Source of the DNA: an uncultured bacterium
GTDB lineage: Bacteria > Krumholzibacteriota > Krumholzibacteriia > JACNKJ01
Direction of reading: 5' to 3'
DNA length: 64,000 bases
Assembly: GCA_963695095.1 (NCBI GenBank)
Contig: CAVOFT010000001.1
Coordinates: forward strand, 2,592,001-2,656,000
Every line of letters begins with the position of its first letter. Position 1 is the stretch's first letter. The position numbers were made by a program, and so were the translations under genes. The notes beneath the pieces were generated by a model. The model had not been told where the DNA came from and searched no databases. It was given only the letters and a program-made list of their open reading frames with translations. Positions 52,410-62,760 of the stretch are shown here, piece by piece.

Positions 52410-54038
52410 GGTGTGCTCTCCTGGGTGGCGGTGGATGCGGTGACCGGGCCGGGGTAGGCGCCGCCGGTGAGGCGACGCAGCTCGGCCGCGGCCCGGGCCC
52501 TGCGGTAGAGCGCCGCCGAGTAGCGGCGCTGGGCGTCGGCGAGATCGGCGCCCAGGCGAACGAGTTCGAAGGCCGTGCTGCGCCCGCTGCTGAACTCGGC
52601 CAGCCCGATGCGCAGCTGCTCGAAGGAGGCGGCGACGCCGACGCCGGCCAGGGTCTGCCGCGTTTCGCTGCGGACGAGCTCGCGATGCTGCGCGCGCACG
52701 GCCTCGCCGAGGGCGCGCTGCGCGGCGGTGAACTGCGCCTCGGCCCGCGCGAGCTCGGCGCGCAGGCGGTCCCGCTCGCCGCGGTCCCTGCCGCCCAGGG
52801 GCAGGCTCAGGCGCAGGCCCCAGCGCCAGGTCGGATAATCCCTGCCCGTCACCTGATCGAAGGTGTCGCCGAAGCCGGTGTCCAGTGCGCTGCGCAGGGT
52901 GTCGGGCCCGCTGCCGAAATCGACGATGACCTCCCGGCCGGCGCCGCCCAGGCCACGCCCCCCCAGCGCTCCGAAGAGATCCAGCTGCGGCAGGGCGTCC
53001 CAGCTCGCCGCGCGGCTGCGGGCGCGCGCGGCGGCGACTGCCTTCGTCTCCGCGGCCAGGGCGAGATTGCGCTCGCCGGCCAAGGCCACCAGCTCCTCCT
53101 CGTCGATGGCGGGGAAGGCGGCCGGCGGCTGGCCGACCGCGCGAAAGCGCGCCGTGGCCTGGGGACGGCGCCCGATGAGCGTGGCCAGCCGGTCGGAGAC
53201 GCGATCGAGCTGCTCCTCGCCGTCGAGCACGGCCTGGGCCTGCTGGGCGAGGAAGGCGCGGGCGCTGGCAGGCGCCCCGGGTCCGACGAGCCCGGCCTCG
53301 GCGCGGAGCTCGGCTTCGCTGAGAAAGACGCGGGCCTGCTCCTCGACGAGGAGTTGCACCGCGTAGTCCCGCTCGGCCGCGTAGAGCGCCCAGTAGGTGG
53401 ACTCCAGTTCGGCGATCACCGCCAGGCGCGCATCGGCGTAGAGCGCTTCCGCCTGCGCCTGCTGTTCGCCGCTGGCGTCCAGCGCTCCCCGCGCGGCCGG
53501 ACCGAAACCCCTTGAGCAGGGGCTGGGTGAGCGCCAGCTCGCCGAAGCTGTCGATCTGGGGGGAGAGCAGCGCGAAGCTCGAGTTGCTGCTCGAGCGGAC
53601 GGTGTTGAGGCTGGCCGAGAGCTCGGTGCCCGTGGGCAGGCGCAGGCGGGCGCCGCCGCTCAGCTGCCGGCTCTCGCTCTCGAGCACGTCGGCGCCGGCG
53701 AAGAAGGAAGCCGTCGGCTGCTCGTCGCCGGCCCAGCTCGCCTCGCCGAAGAGCTCGGGCCAGAAGGCGCCGCGCTCGCGGCGGGCCGCGCCGGCCGCTG
53801 CGGCGCGCTGGGCCGCGGCGATGCGAATCGCGCTGCCCTGGTCGAGCGCCTCGGCCAGGGCTTGCTCCAGCTCGAGCGGCTCGCCGGCCAGGCCGGCCAG
53901 GGTCAGGGCCAGGGCGCTGTCCGGACTGGCGCCGAGTCCGCGCGCGGAGGCCGCGCTCGGCGCCGGCGGATCGAAGGCGATCAGCAGGCCGCTGAGGGCG
54001 ATGAGAACGGGTAGACGAGGACGCAGGGTTCTGCGCAT
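52406..54038 (-). CDS. TolC-family outer membrane efflux protein (frameshifts near 53420-53510)
   Basis: Signal peptide, 'LTQPLLKGF', 'LPQLDL', 'GLRLSLPLG'; first gene of the RND operon. Confidence 0.85.
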
Positions 54039-54193
54039 TCCACACCAACTCCCGGTGATCATGAACAGCGCGCGGAGACGCGCGAAGGGCGGGTGAGCGA
54101 TCCTTGTCACCCGCGGACAAGCTAACATGCGCAGGGCTTCGCGTCACCCCGAATTCGGCATCGCGCTTGCGCCAGCCAAGGCCCAGAATCCAC

Positions 54194-54220
54194 TCAAAGC
54201 CGACCAAGAGCTGCCGATAA
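54194..54220 (+). promoter_or_regulatory. Candidate sigma28-type promoter of the PAS kinase
   Basis: TCAA-15 nt-GCCGATAA. Confidence 0.55.
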
Positions 54221-54271
54221 TCCCATACAGGAGCTGCCGCCCTTCCCGGCGGGAGCCAGAGGAAATTGCCG

Positions 54272-56359
54272 ATGGAAGGCCCCGCAAGCCGCGGCTCGTC
54301 GAACTCCGCCCTGGCGATCCTCCATGTCGAGGACTGCCGGATCCAGCGGCATCTCATCTCGCGCCTGGCAGCGGCCCTCGATGCGGATATCACGCTCCAG
54401 ACTGCGGGGAATCTGGCGGACGCGCTGGTCCTCTGCGCCGAAGGCAGTTTCGACGCGGTGCTGCTGGACCTGATGCTGCCCGACTCCAGCGGCGTGGAGA
54501 CCCTGCGGCGCCTGCACGACGCGCTGCCCCGGGTGCCCATCATCGTGCTCACCGCAACCGATGACCGCGCGCTGGCCCTGGAGCTCCTCGCCCGCGGCGC
54601 CCAGGACTACCTGCTCAAGAACCAGGTGGACGGCAGCAGCCTGCTGAGGTCGATCCGCTACGCCATCGAGCGCCAGCGGACGGCCCTCCAGCTCGAGCAG
54701 GAGACGGCGCGCCTGCGCGAGAGCGAGGCGCGCCTGAGCTGGCTCTTCGAGCACTCGCCCGTCCCCCTCATCGAACTCGACATCGGCCCGGGCCTCTCCT
54801 TCCTGTCGGTGACCGCCGAGGGCATCAGCGCAGCCGCAGCGCAGGCGTTCCTCGCCGCAATCCGCCTCGCCGCCGCCAACCGGGCCGCCCTGGGCCTCGT
54901 CGGCGCCGACTCGATGGCGGATCTGACCTGCGTCGGCGATCTGGTGCCCGCCGCGTCGCTGCCCGCCTTCGGCCGCGCGCTCGCCCAGCTCGGCCGCGGC
55001 GACACGCCGGCCGAGCACGAGGCGCTCATCCGCCGGCTGGACGGAGATGACCGCAGCGTGCGCCTGGGCTACGCCCTGACCGCCGACCCCGGCGCACGGG
55101 GCATCCGGGTGATGGTCTCCGCCATGGACCTCACCGCGGCCAGGAAGGCCGAGCTGCAGATCCGGCTGCAGGCCGTCGCGCTCGAGGCCACGTCCTATGC
55201 GGTGGTGATCACCGATGTCGAGGGCTGCATCCTCTGGGTGAACCCCGCCTTCACGGACCTCACCGGCTATGCGCGCGAGGAGGCGATCGGCGCCAACCCG
55301 CGCATCCTCAAGTCGGGCACTCACGATCCCGCCTTCTACCGGAGCATGTGGCAGGACCTGCGGGCGGGGCGGCTGTGGGAGGGCGAGGTCGTCAACCGGC
55401 GCAAGGACGGCTCGTTCTACTCCGAGCACATGACGATCACGCCCGTGCGCGCCGACGGCGGCGAGATCACCCACTACATCGCGATCAAGTTCGACATCAG
55501 CGAGCGCAAGGCGCTCGAGGCCAAGCTGATGCAGTCGCAGAAGCTGGAGTCCATCGGCCAACTTGCAGCGGGAGTGGCCCATGAAATCAACACGCCCATC
55601 CAGTTCATCGGCGACAACCTGCGCTTCGTCAAGGACGCCTTCGCAGAGCTCCTGCCACCCCTGGCGAAGCTGGCGCATGACGCGCACATCGCCGCGGCGG
55701 CGCGGCAGGACGCGGAAGCGCCGCTCGGCGATCTGGATCTGAACTACTTCCGCGACGAGGTGCCGCGCGCCATCGCGGATTCGCTCGAGGGCGTGGAGCA
55801 CGTGGCCAAGATCGTCCGCTCGATGAAGGCCTTCGCCCATCCCGGCGTGAACGAGATGACGAGCGTCGACATCAACGGCATCGTCGAAAACGCCGTGACG
55901 ATCTCGCGCAACGAGTGGAAGTACATCGCCGAACTCGAGCTGCAGCTGGCGGCGAACCTGCCGCCCGTGCCCTGCCTGCCCGGCGAGCTGGGCCAGGTGC
56001 TGCTCAACATGATCGTCAATGCCACCCACGCGATCGAGACGGCGCTGGGCAAGGACCCGCCGGTGAAGGGCAGCATCACGATCAGCACCCTGCTCAGGGA
56101 GAGCAGCATCGAGATCCGCATCGCCGACAGCGGCTGCGGCATCCCGCCCGAGCATCGCGCAAAGGTCTTCGACCTCTTCTTCACGACCAAGGACGTGGGC
56201 AAGGGCTCGGGCCAGGGACTGGCCATCGCCTATTCGGTCGTCACCGAGCAGCATGGCGGCTCGCTCAGCTTCGAATCGGAAGCTGGGCAAGGGAACGACC
56301 TTCATCGTCAAGTCTGCCCCTGGTCCGCCAGACGGCAAGTGTGGAGGCGGATCCGCTGA
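54272..56359 (+). CDS. Hybrid REC-PAS-PAS histidine kinase (extreme C-terminus probably frameshifted near 56290)
   Basis: LLDLMLPD REC; NPRILKSG/WEGEVVNRRKDG PAS; SQKLESIGQLAAGVAHEINTP; FFTTKDVGKGSGQGL. Confidence 0.92.
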   Translation: MEGPASRGSSNSALAILHVEDCRIQRHLISRLAAALDADITLQTAGNLADALVLCAEGSFDAVLLDLMLPDSSGVETLRRLHDALPRVPIIVLTATDDRALALELLARGAQDYLLKNQVDGSSLLRSIRYAIERQRTALQLEQETARLRESEARLSWLFEHSPVPLIELDIGPGLSFLSVTAEGISAAAAQAFLAAIRLAAANRAALGLVGADSMADLTCVGDLVPAASLPAFGRALAQLGRGDTPAEHEALIRRLDGDDRSVRLGYALTADPGARGIRVMVSAMDLTAARKAELQIRLQAVALEATSYAVVITDVEGCILWVNPAFTDLTGYAREEAIGANPRILKSGTHDPAFYRSMWQDLRAGRLWEGEVVNRRKDGSFYSEHMTITPVRADGGEITHYIAIKFDISERKALEAKLMQSQKLESIGQLAAGVAHEINTPIQFIGDNLRFVKDAFAELLPPLAKLAHDAHIAAAARQDAEAPLGDLDLNYFRDEVPRAIADSLEGVEHVAKIVRSMKAFAHPGVNEMTSVDINGIVENAVTISRNEWKYIAELELQLAANLPPVPCLPGELGQVLLNMIVNATHAIETALGKDPPVKGSITISTLLRESSIEIRIADSGCGIPPEHRAKVFDLFFTTKDVGKGSGQGLAIAYSVVTEQHGGSLSFESEAGQGNDLHRQVCPWSARRQVWRRIR

Positions 56360-56382
56360 CGGTGGCCTGAGCCCGAGCGCCC

Positions 56383-57588
56383 CTAGGGCGCGGGCTGGAG
56401 TTCGCCGGGGAGCAACGCCTCGGCGGCGGCCTTGGGCGGCAGGAGCACCCGCACGGGCTCGCGGACGCCGCGGTTCTTGCCGAAGTTCTGCAGACGCTCG
56501 ACCAGGGCCAGGGTCACCCGGCTGCCCTTGGCGACGATCAGCAGCCCGCTGGTGGCCACCACGTCCTCGACGAAGGTCATGCCCGGCCGCAGGTCCGCCA
56601 GGCGCAGCTCGCGAACCTCGCGCACCCGCTGCTCCTCGCAGACGATGCGCCCGAAGAGGGCAAGCAGTTCCTCGTCGTAGGCGCCGTGGCGGCCGATCAG
56701 GGAGCCGACGGCGAGCTCGGCCGTGAGGCCCTGCACCTCGAGCACGTGGAAGTCCACGGCGATCTTGATCAGGCGGGCGCCCAGCGGCAGCTCGGCGCCG
56801 CGGGGGCTCTCGGCCGCTTGGCCACCGCCGTCGAAGCGCCTGCCCTGGTAGCGCAGCACCTCGCGCACCGGCTCCAGGCGCGGAATGCTGGCGAGCAGCC
56901 GCTCCACCACCGCGGGCATCCGATCGACCATCGCCTGATCGCCGGCGTCGAGCGCTTGGCCACGGTAGACCTGCTCGGCCACCTCGGCGGGCAAGATGAC
57001 GGAGCCGATCTGGGAGAGCATCGCCGCGACTTCGATGTGCCAGCGCTCCGTGACGGACAGGGCGTCCAGCACCTGGGCAATCAGGTCCTTGGCGCGGCTG
57101 GCCCGGCTGAAGGCGGCCGGATTGGCCAGCGCGAGGATCTCCGTCAGCGCCTTGATGCTGCCGTGGAGGGTTTCGCTGAGCAGCACGCGCTCGGCGCCGA
57201 TCAGCTCGTACTGCCGCACGCCGTCCTTGAGCGCGGCCAGCAGGTCCTCCGCCGGACAGGGCTTCTGCAGGAAGCGGAAGATGCCGCCCTTGTTGACGGC
57301 GGTGGCGGCATCGTTGAGGTCGGCCTGACCGGTGAGCAGGATGCGCACGGTGTCCGGCGCCTGCTGACGCGCCGCGGCGAGGAAGGCAGCGCCGTCCATG
57401 ATGGGCATGCGCATGTCCGAGATGAGAACGGTGAAGGGCTCCTCGGCGGCCAGGCGCTCCAGACCAGCGGCGCCGCTCTCGGCCGTCACCACGGTGAAGG
57501 ACTGATGGAGCTGCCGGGCGAGGGCCGCCAGCACGCGCGGCTCGTCGTCGACGCAAAGGATGCGCGGGCGCGGCGGCGCGGTCCCCAT
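56383..57588 (-). CDS. Response regulator with degenerate HD-GYP-like output domain
   Basis: ILCVDDE, ISDMRMP; 'AAMLSQIG' in place of HDIG and 'RFDGGG' in place of DGxGYP. Confidence 0.85.
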   Translation of the reverse strand: MGTAPPRPRILCVDDEPRVLAALARQLHQSFTVVTAESGAAGLERLAAEEPFTVLISDMRMPIMDGAAFLAAARQQAPDTVRILLTGQADLNDAATAVNKGGIFRFLQKPCPAEDLLAALKDGVRQYELIGAERVLLSETLHGSIKALTEILALANPAAFSRASRAKDLIAQVLDALSVTERWHIEVAAMLSQIGSVILPAEVAEQVYRGQALDAGDQAMVDRMPAVVERLLASIPRLEPVREVLRYQGRRFDGGGQAAESPRGAELPLGARLIKIAVDFHVLEVQGLTAELAVGSLIGRHGAYDEELLALFGRIVCEEQRVREVRELRLADLRPGMTFVEDVVATSGLLIVAKGSRVTLALVERLQNFGKNRGVREPVRVLLPPKAAAEALLPGELQPAP

Positions 57589-58803
57589 CAGGTCTGGGCC
57601 TCCGCGAGGTCCCCCGCCAGCTCGGCCGCCAGCGCGCGCCAGCCCGGCAGCCGCGCGGCGAGCTCGAACTGCTCGCCGTAGCCGCCGGGGGCCAGCGCCG
57701 CCGTCAGGGCGGAGCTCGGCCTGCCATCGCTCAGCTCATGGTCGAGCTGATCCGCGACGAAGACGGCGGCGATGAGGCCGAACTGCGTCTGGGGCACGCT
57801 CTCCGGCCGGTGGTGATTGGCCACCGCTTCCATCACGGGGTAGGCCACGCCCCAGAGACCGAGCAGGTAGGCGCCGATCTCGGCGTGGCCGACGCCGAGC
57901 AGCTCGCGCTCCAGCTCGTGACCGGGCCGCCCCTGCCGCGCGGCCTCGCTCCTGGATCCTCGCGTACTCCGCGGGCTCCTCGAGCATCAGCAGCAGCTTG
58001 CCGAAATCGTGGAGCAGGCCGGCGATGTAGGCCTTGTCGGCCTGCTCGCCCGGCGCGCACATCTTGGCGGCGAGCGCGGCCACGCGGAGGGCGTGGCGCT
58101 GCTCCGTCGCCAGAGCCTCGGGCGAGATGCCCTGCTTGCCCTGGAAGCCGCCGTAGACCTCCATGGCCAGCACGAGGTTCTTGACCATCTGCATGCCGAG
58201 GTAGCTCACGGCATCCTGCGTGCTGGCGATCTGCCGGCGCAGGCTGAAGAAGCCCGAGTTGACGACCTGCAGCAGGCGGGTGGTCACGCCGAGATCCTCC
58301 TCGACGATGGCCGCCACCTTGGCCACGTCCACCTCGGGATCGGCCAGGGCCTTGAGGAGCTGCCCGTGCACCTTCGGCATCGCGGGCAGGGTCTTGAACT
58401 TGCCCACCAGGCGCCGCGTAGCCTCGATGCTGAGCAGGTCCTGCAGGCTGCAGGCGCGCTCGACCACTTCCTTGATCGTGTCGGCGTCGCAGGGCTTGCT
58501 CAGGAACTGGTGGGAGATCGGAATCGCCTGCAGGGCCGCCTCCATGTCCGCGTGCCCGGACAGCACGATGCGCACCGTCTGCGGGTGGCGCTCCTGCACG
58601 CGCGCGAGCAGCGTCGCCCCGTCCATGCCCGGCATGCGCATGTCGGTGATGACGACGTCGAAGGCCTGCTCGGCCATCAGGGCCAGGGCCTCTTCACCGC
58701 CCCCGGCGAAAGCGAGCTGCCAGCCCTGGGTCTTGCTGTGCAGCATGCGGCGCAGGCCGTCCAGGATGCGCTGCTCGTCGTCCACGAAGAGAATGTGCTT
58801 CAT
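57588..58803 (-). CDS. REC-HDOD domain response regulator (frameshift near 57930)
   Basis: ILFVDDE, TDMRMPG; LPAMPKV, VNSGFF, GLLHDFGKL; continues HAEIGAYLLGLWG...AVANHH in ORF 57588..57848. Confidence 0.88.
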
Positions 58804-58874
58804 GACTCTCCTTGCTCGGGACCGCAGGCAGCCGTCGGCCGCGCGGGCGCCGCCTGGCGAGCGCCGTTCATGGA

Positions 58875-58902
58875 CTATCGGCAGGCAATGCATCAGACTT
58901 GA
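58875..58902 (-). promoter_or_regulatory. Candidate sigma28-type promoter of the REC-HDOD operon
   Basis: TCAA-16 nt-GCCGATAG. Confidence 0.5.
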
Positions 58903-58931
58903 AAAGATTTGTGGCGCCAGGGAGTGGGTTT

Positions 58932-59480
58932 TCAGCGGGCGCGCCGGAGCCGGCGCAGGCCCAGGCCGAGCAGGAGCAGCACCAGGAGCCCGGCCAGGAG
59001 GGGCAGCAGCACCGCGAGCACACCGAGCAGGGCCGCGCCGCCGGATTCGCCCGCGGCCAGCACGGGATTGCCGAGGCCGCCGGTGCCGGCCGTGGAGGCG
59101 AGGCGCAGCCCCACCGTGCCCGCCTGCACCAGCCCGGCGGCGCCCCCACCGGCGACGAGGGCCAGGGCCCAGCGCCAGGCCGGCGGCAGCTCCAGCAGGA
59201 AGGCGGCCATGAGCAGGGTGCCGGCCACGACGGCCAGGGGCGTGGCCACCGTGTCGAGCAGGTGATCCAGCCAGGGGATCTGGTAGGCGAGCACTTCGAT
59301 CAGCGTGGCGAGACCGAGTCCCAGCAGCACCGGCGTCGCGCTCAGCCAGGCGAAGCTCTCGATCAGCTCGACGTGGCCGAAGCGGGCGGCGAGGCCGGCG
59401 ATGAGCAGGGGAACGAAGACGCGCAGGCCGGCCGCCGCCGCGAGGCCGAGGCCGAGCAGGAAGCCGAGCAGCAGATCCAT
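58932..59480 (-). CDS. DUF4126 family membrane protein
   Basis: GLAAAAGLRVFVPLL, IPWLDHLLD, TGGLGNPV. Confidence 0.85.
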   Translation of the reverse strand: MDLLLGFLLGLGLAAAAGLRVFVPLLIAGLAARFGHVELIESFAWLSATPVLLGLGLATLIEVLAYQIPWLDHLLDTVATPLAVVAGTLLMAAFLLELPPAWRWALALVAGGGAAGLVQAGTVGLRLASTAGTGGLGNPVLAAGESGGAALLGVLAVLLPLLAGLLVLLLLGLGLRRLRRAR

Positions 59481-59498
59481 GGTCGCCCCCAGCCCGGG

Positions 59499-60557
59499 CT
59501 AGAGAACCGACAGCACCTCGTAGCGCTGATTGCGCAGGACGGGCGTGAAGCCGGCGTCGCGGATGAGCCGCTCGATCTCGCTGCGCTCCATGAGGAAGCT
59601 GGCGCCGGCCTGGCTGACCACGTTCTCCTCCAGCATCAGGCTGCCGAAGTCGTTGGCGCCGAAGCGCATGGCGATCTGGCCGATCTTGGCGCCCATCGTG
59701 ACGTAGCTGAGCTGCAGGTTCTCGAAGTTGTCCAGGTAGAGCCGGCTCAGGGCGAGCACGCGCAGGTACTCCACGGCCGTGGCCCGCGGCGTGTGCAGGT
59801 GCGTGTTGTCGGGCTGGAAGGTCCAGGGGATGAAGGCCGTGAAGCCGCCGGTGTCGTCCTGCAGCCGGCGCAGGCGCTCGAGGTGCTCGACGATCTCGGC
59901 CGGCGTCTCGACGTGGCCGAACATCATCGTCGCCGTGGTGCGCAGGCCGAGGCCGTGGGCGATCGCCATCACCTCGAGCCACTCGCTCGCGCTGTCCTTG
60001 AGCGGCGAGATCCGCTGGCGCACCCGGTCGACGAGGATCTCCGCCCCGCCGCCGGGGATGGAGTCCAGGCCCGCGAGGGCGAGGCGGCGAAGGGTGGGCT
60101 CCAGACCCAGGCCCGAGAACTCGGCGATGCGGCGGATCTCGATCGGGCTGAAGCCGTGCACGTGGATGCGGTAGCTGGCCTTGATCCAGGCGAGCAGCTC
60201 CTCGTACCAGTCGATCTTGAGGTCGGGATGCACGCCGCCCTGCATGAGGATCTGCGTGCCCCCCACGGCGAGGGTCTCCTCGATCTTCCGGGCCAGCTCC
60301 TCGCGCGTGAGCACGTAGCCGTCCGGCTTGCCCGGCGCGCGGTAGAAGGCGCAGAACTTGCAGTACACGTTGCAGACGTTCGTGTAGTTGATGTTGCGAT
60401 CGAGGATGAAGGTAACCTGCCGCTCGGGATGGAGCGCCTGGCGGCGCCGATCTGCCGCGGCGCCGAGCTCGAGCAGGTCGGCCTCTTCGAAGAGCTTGAG
60501 GCCCTCGGCGGGGCTGAGGCGACCGCCGGCCGCGGCGCGCGCGAGCAGGGCCGCCAC
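59499..60557 (-). CDS. mqnC: Cyclic dehypoxanthinyl futalosine synthase (radical SAM)
   Basis: DRNINYTNVCNVYCKFCAF, LMQGG, PGGGAEIL, FIPWTFQP, GANDFGSLMLEENVV. Confidence 0.95.
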   Translation of the reverse strand: MAALLARAAAGGRLSPAEGLKLFEEADLLELGAAADRRRQALHPERQVTFILDRNINYTNVCNVYCKFCAFYRAPGKPDGYVLTREELARKIEETLAVGGTQILMQGGVHPDLKIDWYEELLAWIKASYRIHVHGFSPIEIRRIAEFSGLGLEPTLRRLALAGLDSIPGGGAEILVDRVRQRISPLKDSASEWLEVMAIAHGLGLRTTATMMFGHVETPAEIVEHLERLRRLQDDTGGFTAFIPWTFQPDNTHLHTPRATAVEYLRVLALSRLYLDNFENLQLSYVTMGAKIGQIAMRFGANDFGSLMLEENVVSQAGASFLMERSEIERLIRDAGFTPVLRNQRYEVLSVL

Positions 60558-60575
60558 CGGACTCCTGCGCCTGGC

Positions 60576-61658
60576 TCACTGCCATGCCCGGATCTCCTCG
60601 TAGGTGGTGCTGCGCTCGATCGGAGTGCGCCCTGCCTTGCTGATGAGGCGCACCAGCTCGTCCTGGGGAATGTGCTCGGGCGTGGCGCCGCCGGCGTCGT
60701 GCGTGATGCGCTCGCGCACCACCGTGCCGTCGATGTCGTTGGCGCCGAAGCAGAGGCCGAGCTGCGAGAGCTTCTCGCTGACCATGATCCAGTAGGTCTT
60801 GATGTTCGCGAAGTTGTCGAGGAAGAGCCGCGCCACGGCGAGCGTGCGCAGGTCGTCCAGGCCCGTGGTGAAGCTGTCAACTGGCAGGGGATTGTTCTCT
60901 GGGTGATACGCGAGCGGGATGAAGGCCATGAAGCCGCCGGTGCGGTCTTGCAGATCGCGCAGGCGGGCCATGTGGTCCACGCGGTCGGCCAGCGACTCGA
61001 TGTGCCCGTAGAGCATGGTGGCGTTGGAGCGCAGGCCGAGGCCGTGGGCGGTCTCGTGGACCTCGAGCCAGCGGCCCGTCCAGGACTTGCGGCCGCAGAG
61101 CTCCTCGCGGATCTCCTCCTGGAAGATCTCGGCGCCGCCGCCGGGCAGGCTGCCGAGGCCGGCGGCACGCATGTCCTCGAGCACCTCGGTCACGCTCCAG
61201 CCCGTGAGCTTCGTGAAGTGGTCGATCTCGACGGCGGTCCAGGCCTTCAGGTGCACGGCCGGGTGCGCCGCGTGCAGGGTGGCGATGATGCCGCGGTACC
61301 AGTCGTACTTCAGGTGCGGGTGGATGCCGCCCACGATGTGGATCTCGGTGGCGCCCTGGGCCTCCATGCCGGCCACGGCCGCCAGCATCTCCTCCGTGCT
61401 CATCGTGTAGCCGCGCGGGTCCTTCGCCGTGGCGGCGAAGGAGCAGAACTTGCAGTTCATCGCGTAGATGCAGAGGTTGGTCGGGTTGAGGTGCCGGTTG
61501 ATGTTGAAGTAGACCTTGTCGCCGTTCCGCGCGCGGTTCGCCCGGTCGGCGAGACGCCCGAGGGCGAACAGATCCTCGCTGGCATAGAGCGCCAGCGCGT
61601 CGTCGCGCGTGAGGCGCTCGCCGGCCTCGAGCTTGGCTTGGATGGCAGCTAGCGACAT
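60576..61658 (-). CDS. mqnE: Aminofutalosine synthase (radical SAM)
   Basis: NRHLNPTNLC, EIHIVGG, KAWTAVEI, SNATMLYGHIE, IKTYWIM, GANDIDGTV. Confidence 0.93.
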   Translation of the reverse strand: MSLAAIQAKLEAGERLTRDDALALYASEDLFALGRLADRANRARNGDKVYFNINRHLNPTNLCIYAMNCKFCSFAATAKDPRGYTMSTEEMLAAVAGMEAQGATEIHIVGGIHPHLKYDWYRGIIATLHAAHPAVHLKAWTAVEIDHFTKLTGWSVTEVLEDMRAAGLGSLPGGGAEIFQEEIREELCGRKSWTGRWLEVHETAHGLGLRSNATMLYGHIESLADRVDHMARLRDLQDRTGGFMAFIPLAYHPENNPLPVDSFTTGLDDLRTLAVARLFLDNFANIKTYWIMVSEKLSQLGLCFGANDIDGTVVRERITHDAGGATPEHIPQDELVRLISKAGRTPIERSTTYEEIRAWQ

Positions 61659-61803
61659 CGCTTCCCCCCGGCAGGTCCGCCGAATATAGACGGGCCGGCG
61701 GCGCGCGACAAGCCTCAGTGCGGCATTGCGCTTGGGGATATCGGAGCCGTTACTCCGCGAAGCCGCGCTTGACCGCGTCGCTGCGCGGCACTAGCCTGCC
61801 GGC

Positions 61804-62760
61804 ATGCGCAGCTCACTCGCTCTCTTCGCGCTCATTCTTCTTGTCGCCTGCGCCGGCGGCTGCGCCTCCGATGCCGCGGGTGTTGGGACGGGCGAGGCCC
61901 AGGTGGGCCATGTCGCCGCGGGCGAGGCCGGGCCGGGCGAAGCCGGGCCGCGCGGCAAGCCGGCGCCCGTGCCGCTGCCCGCGGCGCTGCTCGCGCGCAA
62001 TGCACCCGGGGCGCTCTTCGCGCCCGCGGCCCTGGACTCCATCCTCGCCGCCGAGCAGGGCCTGCCCACGGCGCTTCGCATCGGGCGCTGGGCGCGGCGC
62101 TTCCTCGCCGACCCGGCCAGCGAGTACCGCTTCGGCCTCCTCGCGGGCGGCTACGTGGCGGAGGGACTGCTGGTCAGCGACCATCGCCAGGACTGCGTGA
62201 GTTTGCTCTATCGCGCGACCGAGCTGGCGCGGGCCCGGGACCACGAGGATGCCCTGCGCGTGGCCCTGGCCACGCGCTTCACCAATGCGCCCTGGGATTC
62301 GCTCGTCGATGCCGCCGGCGGCGTGGACTACGAGCGCCCCGAGCACCTCGACTACAGCCTCGACATGGTGCGCAGCGGCCACTGGGGCGAGGACATCACG
62401 GCGCGGCTGACGGGCGCGCGGCCGGATCCCATTGGCTCGAGCCGCTACGCGGCGGGCAGCTTCGTCGTCGTGCCCGAGTCGGCCCTGGTCGTGGGCGAAC
62501 TCGCCGAGGGCGACCTCGTCTGGTTCGTGCTGGACCCGGCCAATGCCGGCGCGCGCAAGCTGCGCGAGGAGCATGGCCTCGTGATCGGGCACATCGGGAT
62601 CATCGTTGTGGAGAATGGCGAGCGGAGGCTGATCCACGCCGCGAGCAGCCCGCTGCCGGGCGAGTACGCCGGCGGGCGGGTGGTCTCCGTGCCCTTGGCA
62701 ACTTACCTGGCTCGGGTCGAGCGCTACGGGGCGGTGGTTGTTACTCGGTTCGCGGACTAG
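61804..62760 (+). CDS. DUF1460/AmiA-like (NlpC/P60 superfamily) lipoprotein
   Basis: Lipobox LLVAC; QDCVS, IGHIGII, IHAAS catalytic-type Cys/His pattern. Confidence 0.65.
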   Translation: MRSSLALFALILLVACAGGCASDAAGVGTGEAQVGHVAAGEAGPGEAGPRGKPAPVPLPAALLARNAPGALFAPAALDSILAAEQGLPTALRIGRWARRFLADPASEYRFGLLAGGYVAEGLLVSDHRQDCVSLLYRATELARARDHEDALRVALATRFTNAPWDSLVDAAGGVDYERPEHLDYSLDMVRSGHWGEDITARLTGARPDPIGSSRYAAGSFVVVPESALVVGELAEGDLVWFVLDPANAGARKLREEHGLVIGHIGIIVVENGERRLIHAASSPLPGEYAGGRVVSVPLATYLARVERYGAVVVTRFAD

